From Clostridia bacterium (GTDB taxonomy: Bacteria > Bacillota > Clostridia > Christensenellales > QALW01): a DNA stretch of 64,000 nucleotides. Shown here piece after piece: positions 7,858-17,549 of this stretch. Position numbers and translations under genes: made by a program. Position 1 is the first letter of the stretch. Each line of letters begins with the position of its first letter. The notes under the pieces are model-generated. The model was given only the letters and a program-made list of their open reading frames with translations, was not told where the DNA came from and did no database searches. The stretch is from the NCBI GenBank assembly GCA_900769815.1, contig CAAGID010000030.1, positions 80,415 to 144,414 on the forward strand, read 5' to 3'.

Positions 7858-9026
7858 AATTTCACTCCATCTGCACTTTCACAAATATGTACGGAATACT
7901 TACCTTCAAGATGCGGAAACGCTTTCAGGTATTCTTTCGTTACTGTTTCAATAATACTTTCTTCATATGCGGGGTCAATAATTGCAAGACAACAGCCCTT
8001 GAAACCTGCACCCGAAAAGCGACCGCCATAGATTCCTTTGGTCTCAGTCATGATTTCATACAGTTTAATCAATTCAGGAGATCCCGTTTCCCAATTATGA
8101 ATGGAGCTGTATCCGCTTTCAAAGGACAAATTACCGTAGGCTTCAATATCCCCGTTGCGCCACGCTTCTGCCCCTTTTTGAACTCGGTCAAATTCCGTGT
8201 ACCAATGCTCGGCACGCTTGCGCCAATTTTCGGGAAGTCTGTCTTTGTATTGATGGAATACCTCAATGGGAACATCACGGAGATTGGTTTCTTCAAATTT
8301 TCCATATTCCATACCCGCATACGCTTTTAGCGCATAAGCAGCACTTCTGCATTCGTCAACACGCATATTGAAAGCTGACCCTGCAAGGCTACGCTCCAAT
8401 CCGCTGAAGAAGATTGCAAACTTATACGGCTTCATCTGTGCGGACTGAGGTATAAGCTCGTATGTATCATCCAGTAAATCCATATAAAGCAGATGATCCT
8501 TTTTACAATACACTTCGCAGGATTGATCGAGCTTTCCGCAGGACACACCCACATATTTGTTTTCCGCTTCTTTGGAAATAGTAATTAATTTATCAGGAGA
8601 GAGTTCAATCCCATTTATCTTGCAGAGTGCAGACAAATAAGTAATAATCACAGCAGCCGATGAGGACAAGCCCCCAATAGGAAGCTCTCCGTCCAAAACC
8701 GCACAAAGTCCGCGGCGAAGCGGATAACGCTTATTCAGCGCTATCGTTGCACCACGCAGATGATCTGCCCAATCGTTTTCTTTGGTTTTCGGAGCGGCTT
8801 CAACGTGCCATTGTGCTCTTTTATCAAACTGTAATGACTGAATTTCAATAACCCCGTTTTCTTTAGGACCATAGGCAATATGAATACCCTTATTGATAGC
8901 AAATCCCGTTATCTTGCCAAGTTGATGATCTGAATGTGCTCCAATAGGGCATACACGGTACGGGGTAAAATCTGTGTATCGCGGTGCCTTTTTATAAGTG
9001 TATTCAAACGCTTCATATGCGGTCAT
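7854..9026 (-). CDS. GHMP-family anomeric sugar kinase, galactokinase/galacturonokinase-like
   Basis: …YRVCPIGAHSDHQLG… (galactokinase-type signature), PIGGLSSSAAV (GHMP ATP motif), …KRAEHWYTEFDRV… and …RFSGAGFKGCC…. Start moved to the ATG at 9026 (RBS AGAGAGGT); the track's 25-codon extension overlaps ugd. Confidence 0.8.
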   Translation of the reverse strand: MTAYEAFEYTYKKAPRYTDFTPYRVCPIGAHSDHQLGKITGFAINKGIHIAYGPKENGVIEIQSLQFDKRAQWHVEAAPKTKENDWADHLRGATIALNKRYPLRRGLCAVLDGELPIGGLSSSAAVIITYLSALCKINGIELSPDKLITISKEAENKYVGVSCGKLDQSCEVYCKKDHLLYMDLLDDTYELIPQSAQMKPYKFAIFFSGLERSLAGSAFNMRVDECRSAAYALKAYAGMEYGKFEETNLRDVPIEVFHQYKDRLPENWRKRAEHWYTEFDRVQKGAEAWRNGDIEAYGNLSFESGYSSIHNWETGSPELIKLYEIMTETKGIYGGRFSGAGFKGCCLAIIDPAYEESIIETVTKEYLKAFPHLEGKYSVHICESADGVKL

Positions 9027-9039
9027 AATATACCTCTCT

Positions 9040-10230
9040 TCAATCTCTAAAATACAAATCTCTCGTATATACTTTATCCAATACATCTGATATATCATCA
9101 CTGTATCGGTTTGCTAGAATCACATCTGACATTTGCTTAAAATCATTCAGATCTCGAATTACACGGCTGTTGAAGAAGCTATTCTCTTTCATAGTCGGCT
9201 CGTAGATAACCACTTCAATTCCTTTGGCCTTAATACGCTTCATAACCCCCTGAATAGAGGATTGACGGAAATTATCAGACCCTGCCTTCATTGTAAGACG
9301 ATAGACGCCGACGATTTTAGGATGCTTTGCAATAATCTGATCGGCAATAAAATCTTTACGGGTCCCGTTTGCCGCAACAATTGCAGAAATAATGTTCTGC
9401 GGAACATCGTTGTAATTGGCAAGAAGTTGTTTAGTATCCTTAGGCAAGCAGTAGCCACCATAACCGAAAGAAGGATTGTTATAATGAGAACCAATACGAG
9501 GGTCAAGTCCCACGCCCTCAATAATAGACTTTGTATCAAGTCCACGTACGGCCGCATAAGTGTCAAGTTCATTAAAGAAGCTGACACGCAATGCAAGATA
9601 AGTGTTGGCAAACAGTTTTACCGCCTCTGCCTCGGTTGGATTCATATATCGGACTTCGATATCCTCCTTGATCGCGCCTTCTTTGAGCAAAGAAGCAAAG
9701 GTTTCTGCGGCTTTTTCCAAGCGCTTGTTACGAACAGGAACCCCAACGATAATACGGCTGGGATAAAGATTGTCGTACAACGCCTTGCCTTCACGGAGAA
9801 ACTCCGGGCTGAACAAAATATTATCACAACAGAAATCCTCTCTTGCCTTCTCGGTAAAACCAACGGGTACGGTAGATTTTACGATCATAACTGCATCGGG
9901 ATTGACTTCTATAACCTGCTCAATGACTGATTCAACGGATGATGTATCAAAATAATTTTTGTTCGGGTCATAGTTTGTAGGCGTAGAGATAATAACCAGC
10001 TCAGCATCCTTGTATGCGGATGCCCCATCAGTTGTAGCAATAAGTTTTAAGTTTTTGGTTGCCAAATATTCTTCGATTTCCTTATCTACGATAGGGGATT
10101 TCTTGTTGTTGATCATCTCTACCTTTTCTGGGATGATGTCAACTGCGGTAACTTCATTGTTCTGCGCAAGCAGAATTGCCATAGATAAACCGACATAGCC
10201 GGTTCCTGCGACTGCTATTTTCATTTGCAT
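9040..10230 (-). CDS. ugd: UDP-glucose 6-dehydrogenase
   Basis: [23 protein letters not shown]… (NAD-binding GxGxxG), …[12 protein letters not shown]… (catalytic Cys motif). RBS AAAGGAGAG. Confidence 0.92.
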   Translation of the reverse strand: MQMKIAVAGTGYVGLSMAILLAQNNEVTAVDIIPEKVEMINNKKSPIVDKEIEEYLATKNLKLIATTDGASAYKDAELVIISTPTNYDPNKNYFDTSSVESVIEQVIEVNPDAVMIVKSTVPVGFTEKAREDFCCDNILFSPEFLREGKALYDNLYPSRIIVGVPVRNKRLEKAAETFASLLKEGAIKEDIEVRYMNPTEAEAVKLFANTYLALRVSFFNELDTYAAVRGLDTKSIIEGVGLDPRIGSHYNNPSFGYGGYCLPKDTKQLLANYNDVPQNIISAIVAANGTRKDFIADQIIAKHPKIVGVYRLTMKAGSDNFRQSSIQGVMKRIKAKGIEVVIYEPTMKENSFFNSRVIRDLNDFKQMSDVILANRYSDDISDVLDKVYTRDLYFRD

Positions 10231-10325
10231 ATACTCTCCTTTTTAATTTACTTTTTTGAGTATGCACGTTCAGTCCCTACGAGTGTTTCTCCATGGCAAC
10301 CTATTATGCAAAAATAATGCTTTAA

Positions 10326-11417
10326 TTATTTGTTCTGATAAAATTCGTGATACCATTCCGCAAATTTGCGAAGTCCGTCACGAAGTGAGGTGGACGGCTT
10401 GAAACCGAAATCTCTTTCGAGTGCAGAGGTGTCTGCATATGTGATTGGTACGTCGCCGGGCTGCATCGGAACGAGCTTTTTATGAGCTTCAAAGTCGTAA
10501 TCTTCGGGTAAAACTTTCGCACGGATAAGTTCCTCTTGAAGAATGGTTACGAAATCTAAAAGGTTTTCAGGATTATTATTACCGATATTATAAACAGCAT
10601 AGGGTGGTAAAGGAAGACCATCCTCCCCCATCTGCCTTTCAGGTGCACGTTGCATAACTCTCTTTACGCCTTCAACAATGTCATCAACATAAGTAAAATC
10701 ACGCTTACAATTACCATAGTTGAAAATCTCGATGGTTTCGCCTTTTAAAAGCTTATTCGTAAAACCGAAATACGCCATATCAGGACGACCTGCAGGACCA
10801 TAAACTGTAAAGAAACGAAGTCCCGTAGAAGGAATGTTGTATAATTTCGAATAGGCGTGTGCCATTAGTTCGTTGCTCTTTTTTGTTGCGGCATAGAGCG
10901 AGACAGGGTTGTCCACCTTATCGTCAGTCGAATATGGAATTTTCTTGTTTGATCCGTAAACTGAAGATGAAGAAGCATAAACTAAATGTTCCACAGGATA
11001 ATCTGTGTTCATTGTTGCACGGCAGGCTTCCAAAATATTATAAAATCCAATGATGTTGCTCTCAATATACACATCGGGATTAGTGATCGAATAGCGAACA
11101 CCTGCCTGAGCAGCAAGATTAACAACAATCGAAAAGTGATACTTTTCAAAAAGACTATCGATAAGTGCACGATCTGCAAGATTTCCTTTCACAAATTCCC
11201 ATGTGCAATCAGTATGCTCAGTTGCGTGCTTTTCAATCTCAGTAAGACGATATTCCTTTATTGAAACGTCATAGTAGTCGTTGAGGTTGTCAAGACCGAC
11301 TATATGAATACCGGGAACTGTGCGAAGTAGGTCCATTACAAGGTTCGAGCCGATGAAACCAGCTGCACCTGTAACCAGAATGGTCATATTTTCCATATTT
11401 ACATTAGGTGTTAACAT
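10326..11417 (-). CDS. UDP-glucuronate 4-epimerase (NAD-dependent SDR epimerase; makes UDP-GalA)
   Basis: …ILVTGAAGFIGSNL…LDNLNDYYDVSIKEYRL…YASSSSVYG…YAATKKSNE… matches the Cap1J/GlaKP/LpsL-type pattern. The ORF track opens at a TTG (11447); I prefer the ATG at 11417 (GAAGGT 12 nt upstream). The start is uncertain within 11396-11447. Confidence 0.8.
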   Translation of the reverse strand: MLTPNVNMENMTILVTGAAGFIGSNLVMDLLRTVPGIHIVGLDNLNDYYDVSIKEYRLTEIEKHATEHTDCTWEFVKGNLADRALIDSLFEKYHFSIVVNLAAQAGVRYSITNPDVYIESNIIGFYNILEACRATMNTDYPVEHLVYASSSSVYGSNKKIPYSTDDKVDNPVSLYAATKKSNELMAHAYSKLYNIPSTGLRFFTVYGPAGRPDMAYFGFTNKLLKGETIEIFNYGNCKRDFTYVDDIVEGVKRVMQRAPERQMGEDGLPLPPYAVYNIGNNNPENLLDFVTILQEELIRAKVLPEDYDFEAHKKLVPMQPGDVPITYADTSALERDFGFKPSTSLRDGLRKFAEWYHEFYQNK

Positions 11418-11447
11418 ATTATTTCTCATACCTTCTTTAAGTTTCAA

Positions 11448-12617
11448 TTATTCCATCTTACCAAAGACGTATTTTTGATATTGGTCTATAGGAGTACACT
11501 TCATCTTTCTTATCCATCGAAGTACTTCACCGGTTCTTTTACCAAATGGTCCACGACCATGCGCCATCTCTACCACCCAAATACCCCCATCCTTCATGTT
11601 CGCCTCAATCAGTACAGGTTCGCCCTCTTTGTTGATCGTAAAATCCCAATTTACGCAGCCTATCTGAGGGATTGCCTCATGCATTCTGTATGACGCTTTC
11701 AGGACTTCGGGGAACAGCGGGATTTTGTAGCCTGCAAATTTTAAATGGGTATCCGGATGTTCTTTGAACTCTTTTTTAAACTCGGTAAAAGCAGTATCAT
11801 GTATGGTTCCGTCATCGTCAATGGCGATAAACATACCTCCGGCATGGGCATTATCCAAATAACTGCCTCCCTTACCTATTCTCATGATCGCAGGCATGTG
11901 ACAAATTCTATCTTTCCAGCGATATGTAATAATCCGGAATGTATTCACGCTCTTATCGTAAATATTTGCAATGCTTTCATGGCAAGACAATCTCTCTTGT
12001 ACTACAAAATTTTCCCCCAGAGATTCCAATACCGCTTCTGCTTTCATGCCGGATATCCGGTCGACGCCATTCTGCATATCCAGTAGCACGCAACCTCTTC
12101 CGGACGAGGAATCGACTGACGGCTTAGCAAATACCTCCCCCAGTCCACTTAGGTTAGACATCGCCTGTTCTTTAGAAATAAATCGTCTGTCGGGATCGCA
12201 ATACGCGCCCCTGTTTGCCAACAAGAGGCACTTTGGCACTGTTACATTGACGGACTCCGCAAAGAAGGGTAGCACATTTTTGTCATAGAACGCATTCATA
12301 TATGCATTGTTTATATTCATATAATACTCAAACTCTGGGATAAACAGCAATTCAGGAAAATAATTTACATCAAAGTTACCCGTATATGCTGTAAAATGCC
12401 GATGCCAAGTATAGGGGATCTTCTCGCCGTAGTTGTCCAAATACAACTTGTCTATCGCTTTTTCCTGTTCTTTCGTCAATGTAACCGATGACCAAATCGG
12501 GACCCTGCGAGGGTCCTTGAACTTTTTGATCTCCCATTTTCTTTTCCTATTGACGATCATGTTATCAAAGGTCTTTAAAAGAGTTTGCTTAAATTTTTTT
12601 CGAATCCTTAAAAACAT
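11448..12617 (-). CDS. ATP-grasp protein of the sugar-transfer-associated type (ATPgrasp_ST-like)
   Basis: 389 aa: …FPELLFIPEFEYYMN…VFAKPSVDSSSGRGCVLL…FVVQERL…GGMFIAIDDDG…NWDFTINKEGEPVLIEAN…. These ATP-grasp fold motifs have the layout found in polysaccharide loci. Confidence 0.65.
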   Translation of the reverse strand: MFLRIRKKFKQTLLKTFDNMIVNRKRKWEIKKFKDPRRVPIWSSVTLTKEQEKAIDKLYLDNYGEKIPYTWHRHFTAYTGNFDVNYFPELLFIPEFEYYMNINNAYMNAFYDKNVLPFFAESVNVTVPKCLLLANRGAYCDPDRRFISKEQAMSNLSGLGEVFAKPSVDSSSGRGCVLLDMQNGVDRISGMKAEAVLESLGENFVVQERLSCHESIANIYDKSVNTFRIITYRWKDRICHMPAIMRIGKGGSYLDNAHAGGMFIAIDDDGTIHDTAFTEFKKEFKEHPDTHLKFAGYKIPLFPEVLKASYRMHEAIPQIGCVNWDFTINKEGEPVLIEANMKDGGIWVVEMAHGRGPFGKRTGEVLRWIRKMKCTPIDQYQKYVFGKME

Positions 12618-12690
12618 TTTTTATCTCTCCCTTTTCCCTAAACTTTTCCGATTCTCCGATGCCGCTATTTTACTTGGCGTTTGCTACTCT

Positions 12691-13854
12691 CTATTTTTTG
12701 AGCGCCGCCCGAAGTTGCGTTGAACTAATCCCTTGCGTATATGGAAAATAAACGATCTCTACACCCTTATCCTTAAAGTATTCCTCATATCGCATAAAGC
12801 GTTCTGTTCCTTTGTAGTCACTGCCAACAAACAGTTTATTATATTTCACTACATCGTAAGCATCACAATCTTCTGCAAACGATTCTATGACTTCATCCAC
12901 ATAACAGATATGCTTTATGATCTCCGATCGCTCCTCGAAAGGAATAAATGTTTCCTTTCCTTTCCATGCACCACTCTTATGTACGCCAACCACAAGATAG
13001 TCACACTGCTCCTTTGCTCTGCGGAGCAGATTCAAATGTCCGATGTGGAACAAATCAAATGTGCCGCTGAGATAACCGACCACCACCTGTGGTTTTCTAT
13101 TGATACGACCACTTTTCAGCTTATAGTCATAGCTTTCCAATCCGTACTGCATTGGATCTGTATGATAACGTTTCAACACGCCTTTATAGATATCTTCATA
13201 TTGCGGGATATACAGCGTTTCACGCTCATACATACGCGTAATGATATGCTCCGCGGCCGCAGCGACCTGCGCTATGTCGTTTCCCTGCCCATTGAAATTG
13301 GTCCCTTTCAAAGAGCCTGGAGATACATCTAAAATCCGGTTTTGATAACCGTCGTGACATAGCTCTGCATTCAAGTTCTCAATAAAACTGCACAAGCCCG
13401 ACTTGGAAGCACCATACACCGAAAACAACGGGGAGACAACATGTCCGGCAATACTTCCCATGACCGCACAATAAAAGTCTTCCTCTTTGTTACATAGCTT
13501 GGAATAAAACTTTTGAATTACCTGCACCGGTCCCAGCATATTGCACTTTATCAGCTTTTCAATTTCTATGGCGGTCAAATCATCAAAACGCGCAACTCTG
13601 CCAAATCCGGCAGTAATCAAAAGGGCATCAATGTCGGTCATGCCATCGAGGCAATCCAGTCTATCCTGTGTCAAATCGATCCGTTGGAAAGATGTACACT
13701 TTTCAAATTTCTGCGTTATGTTCTGAGGAATATCATCTGCCTTAGGTGCATCCTTACCCACTATATACACATGGTCATAACCGCGTTCCAGCAGATTCAA
13801 CACCATTGCAAGCCCAATGCCGCTATTTCCGCCTACTACGAGTGCTTTTTTCAC
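12691..13854 (-). CDS. Two-domain fusion: N-terminal classical SDR oxidoreductase + C-terminal TagD-type (HxGH) cytidylyltransferase
   Basis: GTG start at 13854 (GGGGGG 6 nt upstream). SDR domain: KKALVVGGNSGIGLAMV… and …SVYGASKSG… (YxxxK). Cytidylyltransferase domain: …VVGYLSGTFDLFHIGHLNLLRRAK… (HxGH) and …YTQGISSTQLR (RTxGISTT-like). The track's 51-codon N-terminal extension overlaps the upstream gene and is unsupported. Confidence 0.8.
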   Translation of the reverse strand: MKKALVVGGNSGIGLAMVLNLLERGYDHVYIVGKDAPKADDIPQNITQKFEKCTSFQRIDLTQDRLDCLDGMTDIDALLITAGFGRVARFDDLTAIEIEKLIKCNMLGPVQVIQKFYSKLCNKEEDFYCAVMGSIAGHVVSPLFSVYGASKSGLCSFIENLNAELCHDGYQNRILDVSPGSLKGTNFNGQGNDIAQVAAAAEHIITRMYERETLYIPQYEDIYKGVLKRYHTDPMQYGLESYDYKLKSGRINRKPQVVVGYLSGTFDLFHIGHLNLLRRAKEQCDYLVVGVHKSGAWKGKETFIPFEERSEIIKHICYVDEVIESFAEDCDAYDVVKYNKLFVGSDYKGTERFMRYEEYFKDKGVEIVYFPYTQGISSTQLRAALKK

Positions 13855-14791
13855 TGTGATCCCCCCTTGTTTCTCTTGTTTTTGTATTACTTGGAAGAAC
13901 AATCTGTTCTCCCCATATATAGTCGTATTGCTCCGGAATGAACGGAACCATTCCGCCATGATGAAAAAATGTATATTCGCCAAAATATACTTGACCGTTG
14001 ACCTCATACATATCTATCCGCACCTGCGGAATGCCCTTGCTAAGCTGTGAAGCCAACCGAACCATTTCCTCATATTTTTGGGGACGTTGAATCGGATAAG
14101 TACTATTGGGGTGCGCCGCCTGTCGCAGTGGCAACCGATTGAAATCAATGTCGAAATAATCAAACTTTACTTCCTGCCCTACCCTATTTCTGTCCGATGC
14201 AATGAATAAGTACTTGGGTTCTCCGTTAAAACTGAAAAATTTGTAGTCCTTCAATTCTCTCGATACATCATCGATCATAAACTGTTCGGCAATAATTCGG
14301 GGCGGGACGTTTTTATATGGCCATTCCCTACCTTTTTTGTAGAAATTCGCAGCAAGCGCATTTTCAATCTTTTTCTTTGCCGCCTCGCGATCTAGCTTTG
14401 ACTTATCGGTTACAATTACAAGACCCCCGCTATCATGGGTACACTTTAAAACAAACTGATCGGGGAGTGTATCAAAATCAATATCATCAAAGTTTTCCCA
14501 GACACCCAAGGTAGGTATTATATATTCTTCTCCGATTTTGTCCGCAACATATTCCTTGACCGCCATCTTGTCCACAAGAGTCGTATACAAAGGATTATGA
14601 TCGTACAGTTTAAGCCACTGGAGTTTTTCGTTGAATGTCGTTGGATCCTTCAGGTTTAATTTTTTATCCATAGCCGCACGATACTTCATTTTAACAAACG
14701 CCTTGTCACTCATCCAGTCAAAAGAGATATACTTTTCCAGCTTCCAATATAGTCGAAATGGGTTTTTAATATATGATATCAATTTACTCAC
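13823..14791 (-). CDS. TupA-like ATP-grasp amidoligase-family protein (ATPgrasp_TupA)
   Basis: …LNLKDPTTFNEKLQWLKLYDHNPLYTTLVDKMAVKEYV…IPTLGVWENFDDIDFDTLPDQFVLKCTHDSGGLVIV… is the hallmark of this family. Start placed at the GTG at 14791 after AGGAGGGG. Confidence 0.8.
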   Translation of the reverse strand: MSKLISYIKNPFRLYWKLEKYISFDWMSDKAFVKMKYRAAMDKKLNLKDPTTFNEKLQWLKLYDHNPLYTTLVDKMAVKEYVADKIGEEYIIPTLGVWENFDDIDFDTLPDQFVLKCTHDSGGLVIVTDKSKLDREAAKKKIENALAANFYKKGREWPYKNVPPRIIAEQFMIDDVSRELKDYKFFSFNGEPKYLFIASDRNRVGQEVKFDYFDIDFNRLPLRQAAHPNSTYPIQRPQKYEEMVRLASQLSKGIPQVRIDMYEVNGQVYFGEYTFFHHGGMVPFIPEQYDYIWGEQIVLPSNTKTRETRGDHSEKSTRSRRK

Positions 14792-14833
14792 TGCCTCACC
14801 CCTCCTAAAAGCGTACATACTTTATCTGGCATG

Positions 14834-16018
14834 CTACTGATCCGCATTAGGTGCTTCGTTGGAACACTGTTTTTTATGCTGTTTTACATAAAAATCATTG
14901 ATTCTGTTACAAATGATCTCTGCTGACTTACCTGATTCATATACATGAAACACTTTACAAATATGCTCTGCATTTTTCTGATAATCATCTTCATCCATCT
15001 GTGCAAGGATGTCATTCAGTTCCTGCTGTGTTTTCGCAACGAGAAAGCCCTTTTCCTCAAAGTCGTATGAAATTTCACGATCGTTCCGAATATACTCATC
15101 CAAATCAAACGCCGCTAGAACAACGCCCTTACCCCTACGAATAAAATCAGAGGCACAGGAGGAGTAATCAGATATCAGCAGATCTCCGATTGCAAGCAAA
15201 TCCGCCATATCCGGATAATCGGAAACATCAATACAACGCGTACCATCACAGGAAAAATCAAGTTTTTCCGTGTTGGAATGTGCTCTAACCAAGCATACCC
15301 ACTTGTTACCCTTGGATTCCAGAATTTCCAATGCCTTATTCAAATCAATCAAAACACGCTGAAACTCTTTGTTGTGATCCCGAAACGTGGGTGCATATAT
15401 CAATATTTTTGTATCTTTGCCAATACATAATTTCTCCCGTGTCATATCCTGTTCTTGTAGATCAACACATATCAGTTTATCGTTTCTGGGGGTCCCTACG
15501 CGCAATACCTCGCCCTTATAATTAAAAGCAGTTCTATATTGGGACTCCCCGTAATCGGATGCCGCAATACACAGATCCGTAATGTATTCATCCTGTATGG
15601 GTGTTGCCCACTGTTCTTTGGTCTTGATATCGTATAGCACCTTCTTAAATCCAATATCCCCATGCCAGGTTTGTATAAAAAACTGCCCCTTAGGTCTCTT
15701 TCGTATATTTGCTCTGTTATGTGTGTTTGTAACAAAGCAAAAGCAAGAAGAAAGCGCATCATAAAATTCTTTTCCGCAGCAATTAACTAACTTAATATAT
15801 TCCGGCATTATTTTCTGCATCTTTTCTTTGTCACTCACTGCCCACACGATTTGATACTCCGGATATAGCTCATGTAATTTAATGGAAATTGCCTTGGGAT
15901 TATCCGAATACTGTGCACCGTTAAAGTTCATAAATAACACTTCATTTTTAGGGCTTTGCATCATCCATCTAAGCTTCATATATCCCTTTCGAAGGGTCAT
16001 AGATATTTTTTTATTCAT
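14834..16018 (-). CDS. CDP-alditol (CDP-glycerol/ribitol) polyol-phosphotransferase, TagB/TagF family
   Basis: …FNGAQYSDNPKAI…QTWHGDIGFKKV…YAPTFRD…LISDYSS… are conserved TagF-family blocks. The start codon is uncertain (poor RBS at all candidates). Confidence 0.8.
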   Translation of the reverse strand: MNKKISMTLRKGYMKLRWMMQSPKNEVLFMNFNGAQYSDNPKAISIKLHELYPEYQIVWAVSDKEKMQKIMPEYIKLVNCCGKEFYDALSSCFCFVTNTHNRANIRKRPKGQFFIQTWHGDIGFKKVLYDIKTKEQWATPIQDEYITDLCIAASDYGESQYRTAFNYKGEVLRVGTPRNDKLICVDLQEQDMTREKLCIGKDTKILIYAPTFRDHNKEFQRVLIDLNKALEILESKGNKWVCLVRAHSNTEKLDFSCDGTRCIDVSDYPDMADLLAIGDLLISDYSSCASDFIRRGKGVVLAAFDLDEYIRNDREISYDFEEKGFLVAKTQQELNDILAQMDEDDYQKNAEHICKVFHVYESGKSAEIICNRINDFYVKQHKKQCSNEAPNADQ

Positions 16019-16083
16019 AACAACAAATATTTTCTCCTGTCTCTGTATATACTAACAGATTTTCCAAAACAGTATGCACCGTT

Positions 16084-17526
16084 TTATCCGTTCTTAAGTT
16101 CCTTCAGAAAAGAAAGCACTTTCTTTCTCCGAACGAACGCCCAAATAGTCAATAGAGCAATTATGGAATATCTCAGTATCGGCAATTTGAATATTAAAAA
16201 AAAGCTAAAGCCACAGATCAAAAAGATCAACGAAATCGTCATTAGGATCCTAAAATCATATACCTTCACTCCCCCAAGATCCTTTTTGCAAACATTCCGC
16301 ATGAAAACGAAATGCATTCCACAATACACAATATAGCAGATAAGTGTTGTATATCCCGCTGCGAAATACCCCCAAATAGGAATAGCCAAATAGTTAAGCA
16401 GTACATTCAGTAGGGCACCAATGACACTTGCAAGCGCAATTTTCCACGTTTTCTTATTGTAGAACTCAAACGCAGCAAACACATTATATGCAAAGGTAAA
16501 ATAAACACTCATAGCAATCGGGGGAATGATCCAAATCGCATCTGCGTAGGTTTTCGGCGCAAATATTGCAATAACCTCAGGTGCAAAAGCAATAAGTATT
16601 ACATTGATAAACGCTATTCCAATCAAACAAGGATATATCGTTTTTGAAATATCCTCAAACTTTCTAGTTTTTATTTTGTGATAAATCCAAGGACTCAATG
16701 TTGACAATAATGCCGTATTGAACAATCCCATTATCCGGGAAACTGAGTAAGCCAAATTATAAACTCCTGCTTCTCCGGAGCCAACCATTGCATTTATCAT
16801 AATGCGGTCAGCACTGTTCAACACAGTTTGCGATAAATAATGCGGAATTAACGGAATATTAAATGATAGTGCATATTTCCAAAACTTCTTAGAACAAAAA
16901 ACCTTTCCACGTCGCATTTGGACGAAGAACAATCCACCATAGCAAATTAAGTCTACAAGCGCTAAACCTAAAATTCTAGCAAGCACTTTATCTTCTGCAT
17001 TAAGAACAAGAATAATTCCTAGTCCCGGCTTTGCGACAGATGCGCTCAAAGTAATCAAGACCAATGCCACATAGTTTAACTTTACGCGTTGTTCCACTAC
17101 CCAAAAATTGAAGACAGCTGTTGACCATATCATAACCAGCATAGCAAGACACTGTACTGTGGTTAACCCAAGAAGCTCATTCCAGAAATTGCGGAACAAA
17201 AAATATAAAACTGTCCAGATAAAGGTCAAGGTCAGTGTTAGTCCTTGTAAGGAAGATGTAAATACATTTTTCTCCTCATCAAACTTAACTAGTCCCTGCA
17301 TATAAACGCCCGCACTTAGGTTCAGCGTAATAAATACAGACAAGATATCCTGCCACGAAGAAAAGGAACTATATGCGCCGTACTCCGCTGTGGTTAAGAG
17401 CCTTGTGAAAATCGGGGTAGTAATAAAGGATATCCCTCTTTGCAGGAAAGTGCAAATCAATATCCAAATTGATGCCTTTACGCCTCGATTAAGAGCTTTA
17501 TATTTTTGCAACAGTTTTCTTACCAT
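16084..17526 (-). CDS. wzx: Oligosaccharide flippase (Wzx, MOP superfamily)
   Basis: 480 aa, about 12-14 TM. N-terminus …GVKASIWILICTFLQRGISFITTPIFTRLLTTAEYG… is typical of polysaccharide biosynthesis/flippase proteins. Confidence 0.8.
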   Translation of the reverse strand: MVRKLLQKYKALNRGVKASIWILICTFLQRGISFITTPIFTRLLTTAEYGAYSSFSSWQDILSVFITLNLSAGVYMQGLVKFDEEKNVFTSSLQGLTLTLTFIWTVLYFLFRNFWNELLGLTTVQCLAMLVMIWSTAVFNFWVVEQRVKLNYVALVLITLSASVAKPGLGIILVLNAEDKVLARILGLALVDLICYGGLFFVQMRRGKVFCSKKFWKYALSFNIPLIPHYLSQTVLNSADRIMINAMVGSGEAGVYNLAYSVSRIMGLFNTALLSTLSPWIYHKIKTRKFEDISKTIYPCLIGIAFINVILIAFAPEVIAIFAPKTYADAIWIIPPIAMSVYFTFAYNVFAAFEFYNKKTWKIALASVIGALLNVLLNYLAIPIWGYFAAGYTTLICYIVYCGMHFVFMRNVCKKDLGGVKVYDFRILMTISLIFLICGFSFFLIFKLPILRYSIIALLTIWAFVRRKKVLSFLKELKNG

Positions 17527-17549
17527 GTTTTATTTCCTCACATTAGAAA

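Noticed and set aside
9133-9930. 265-aa plus-strand ORF, and similar long plus-strand ORFs at 3744-4154, 7887-8330, 12733-13332, 13513-13941, 34959-35375 and 57593-57946
   Set aside because: Each lies entirely antisense to a well-supported minus-strand gene (ugd, MBL nuclease, kinase, the SDR fusion, purD, rpiR). Their translations are low-complexity, have no recognisable motifs and lack an RBS. They are shadow ORFs typical of AT-rich genomes.
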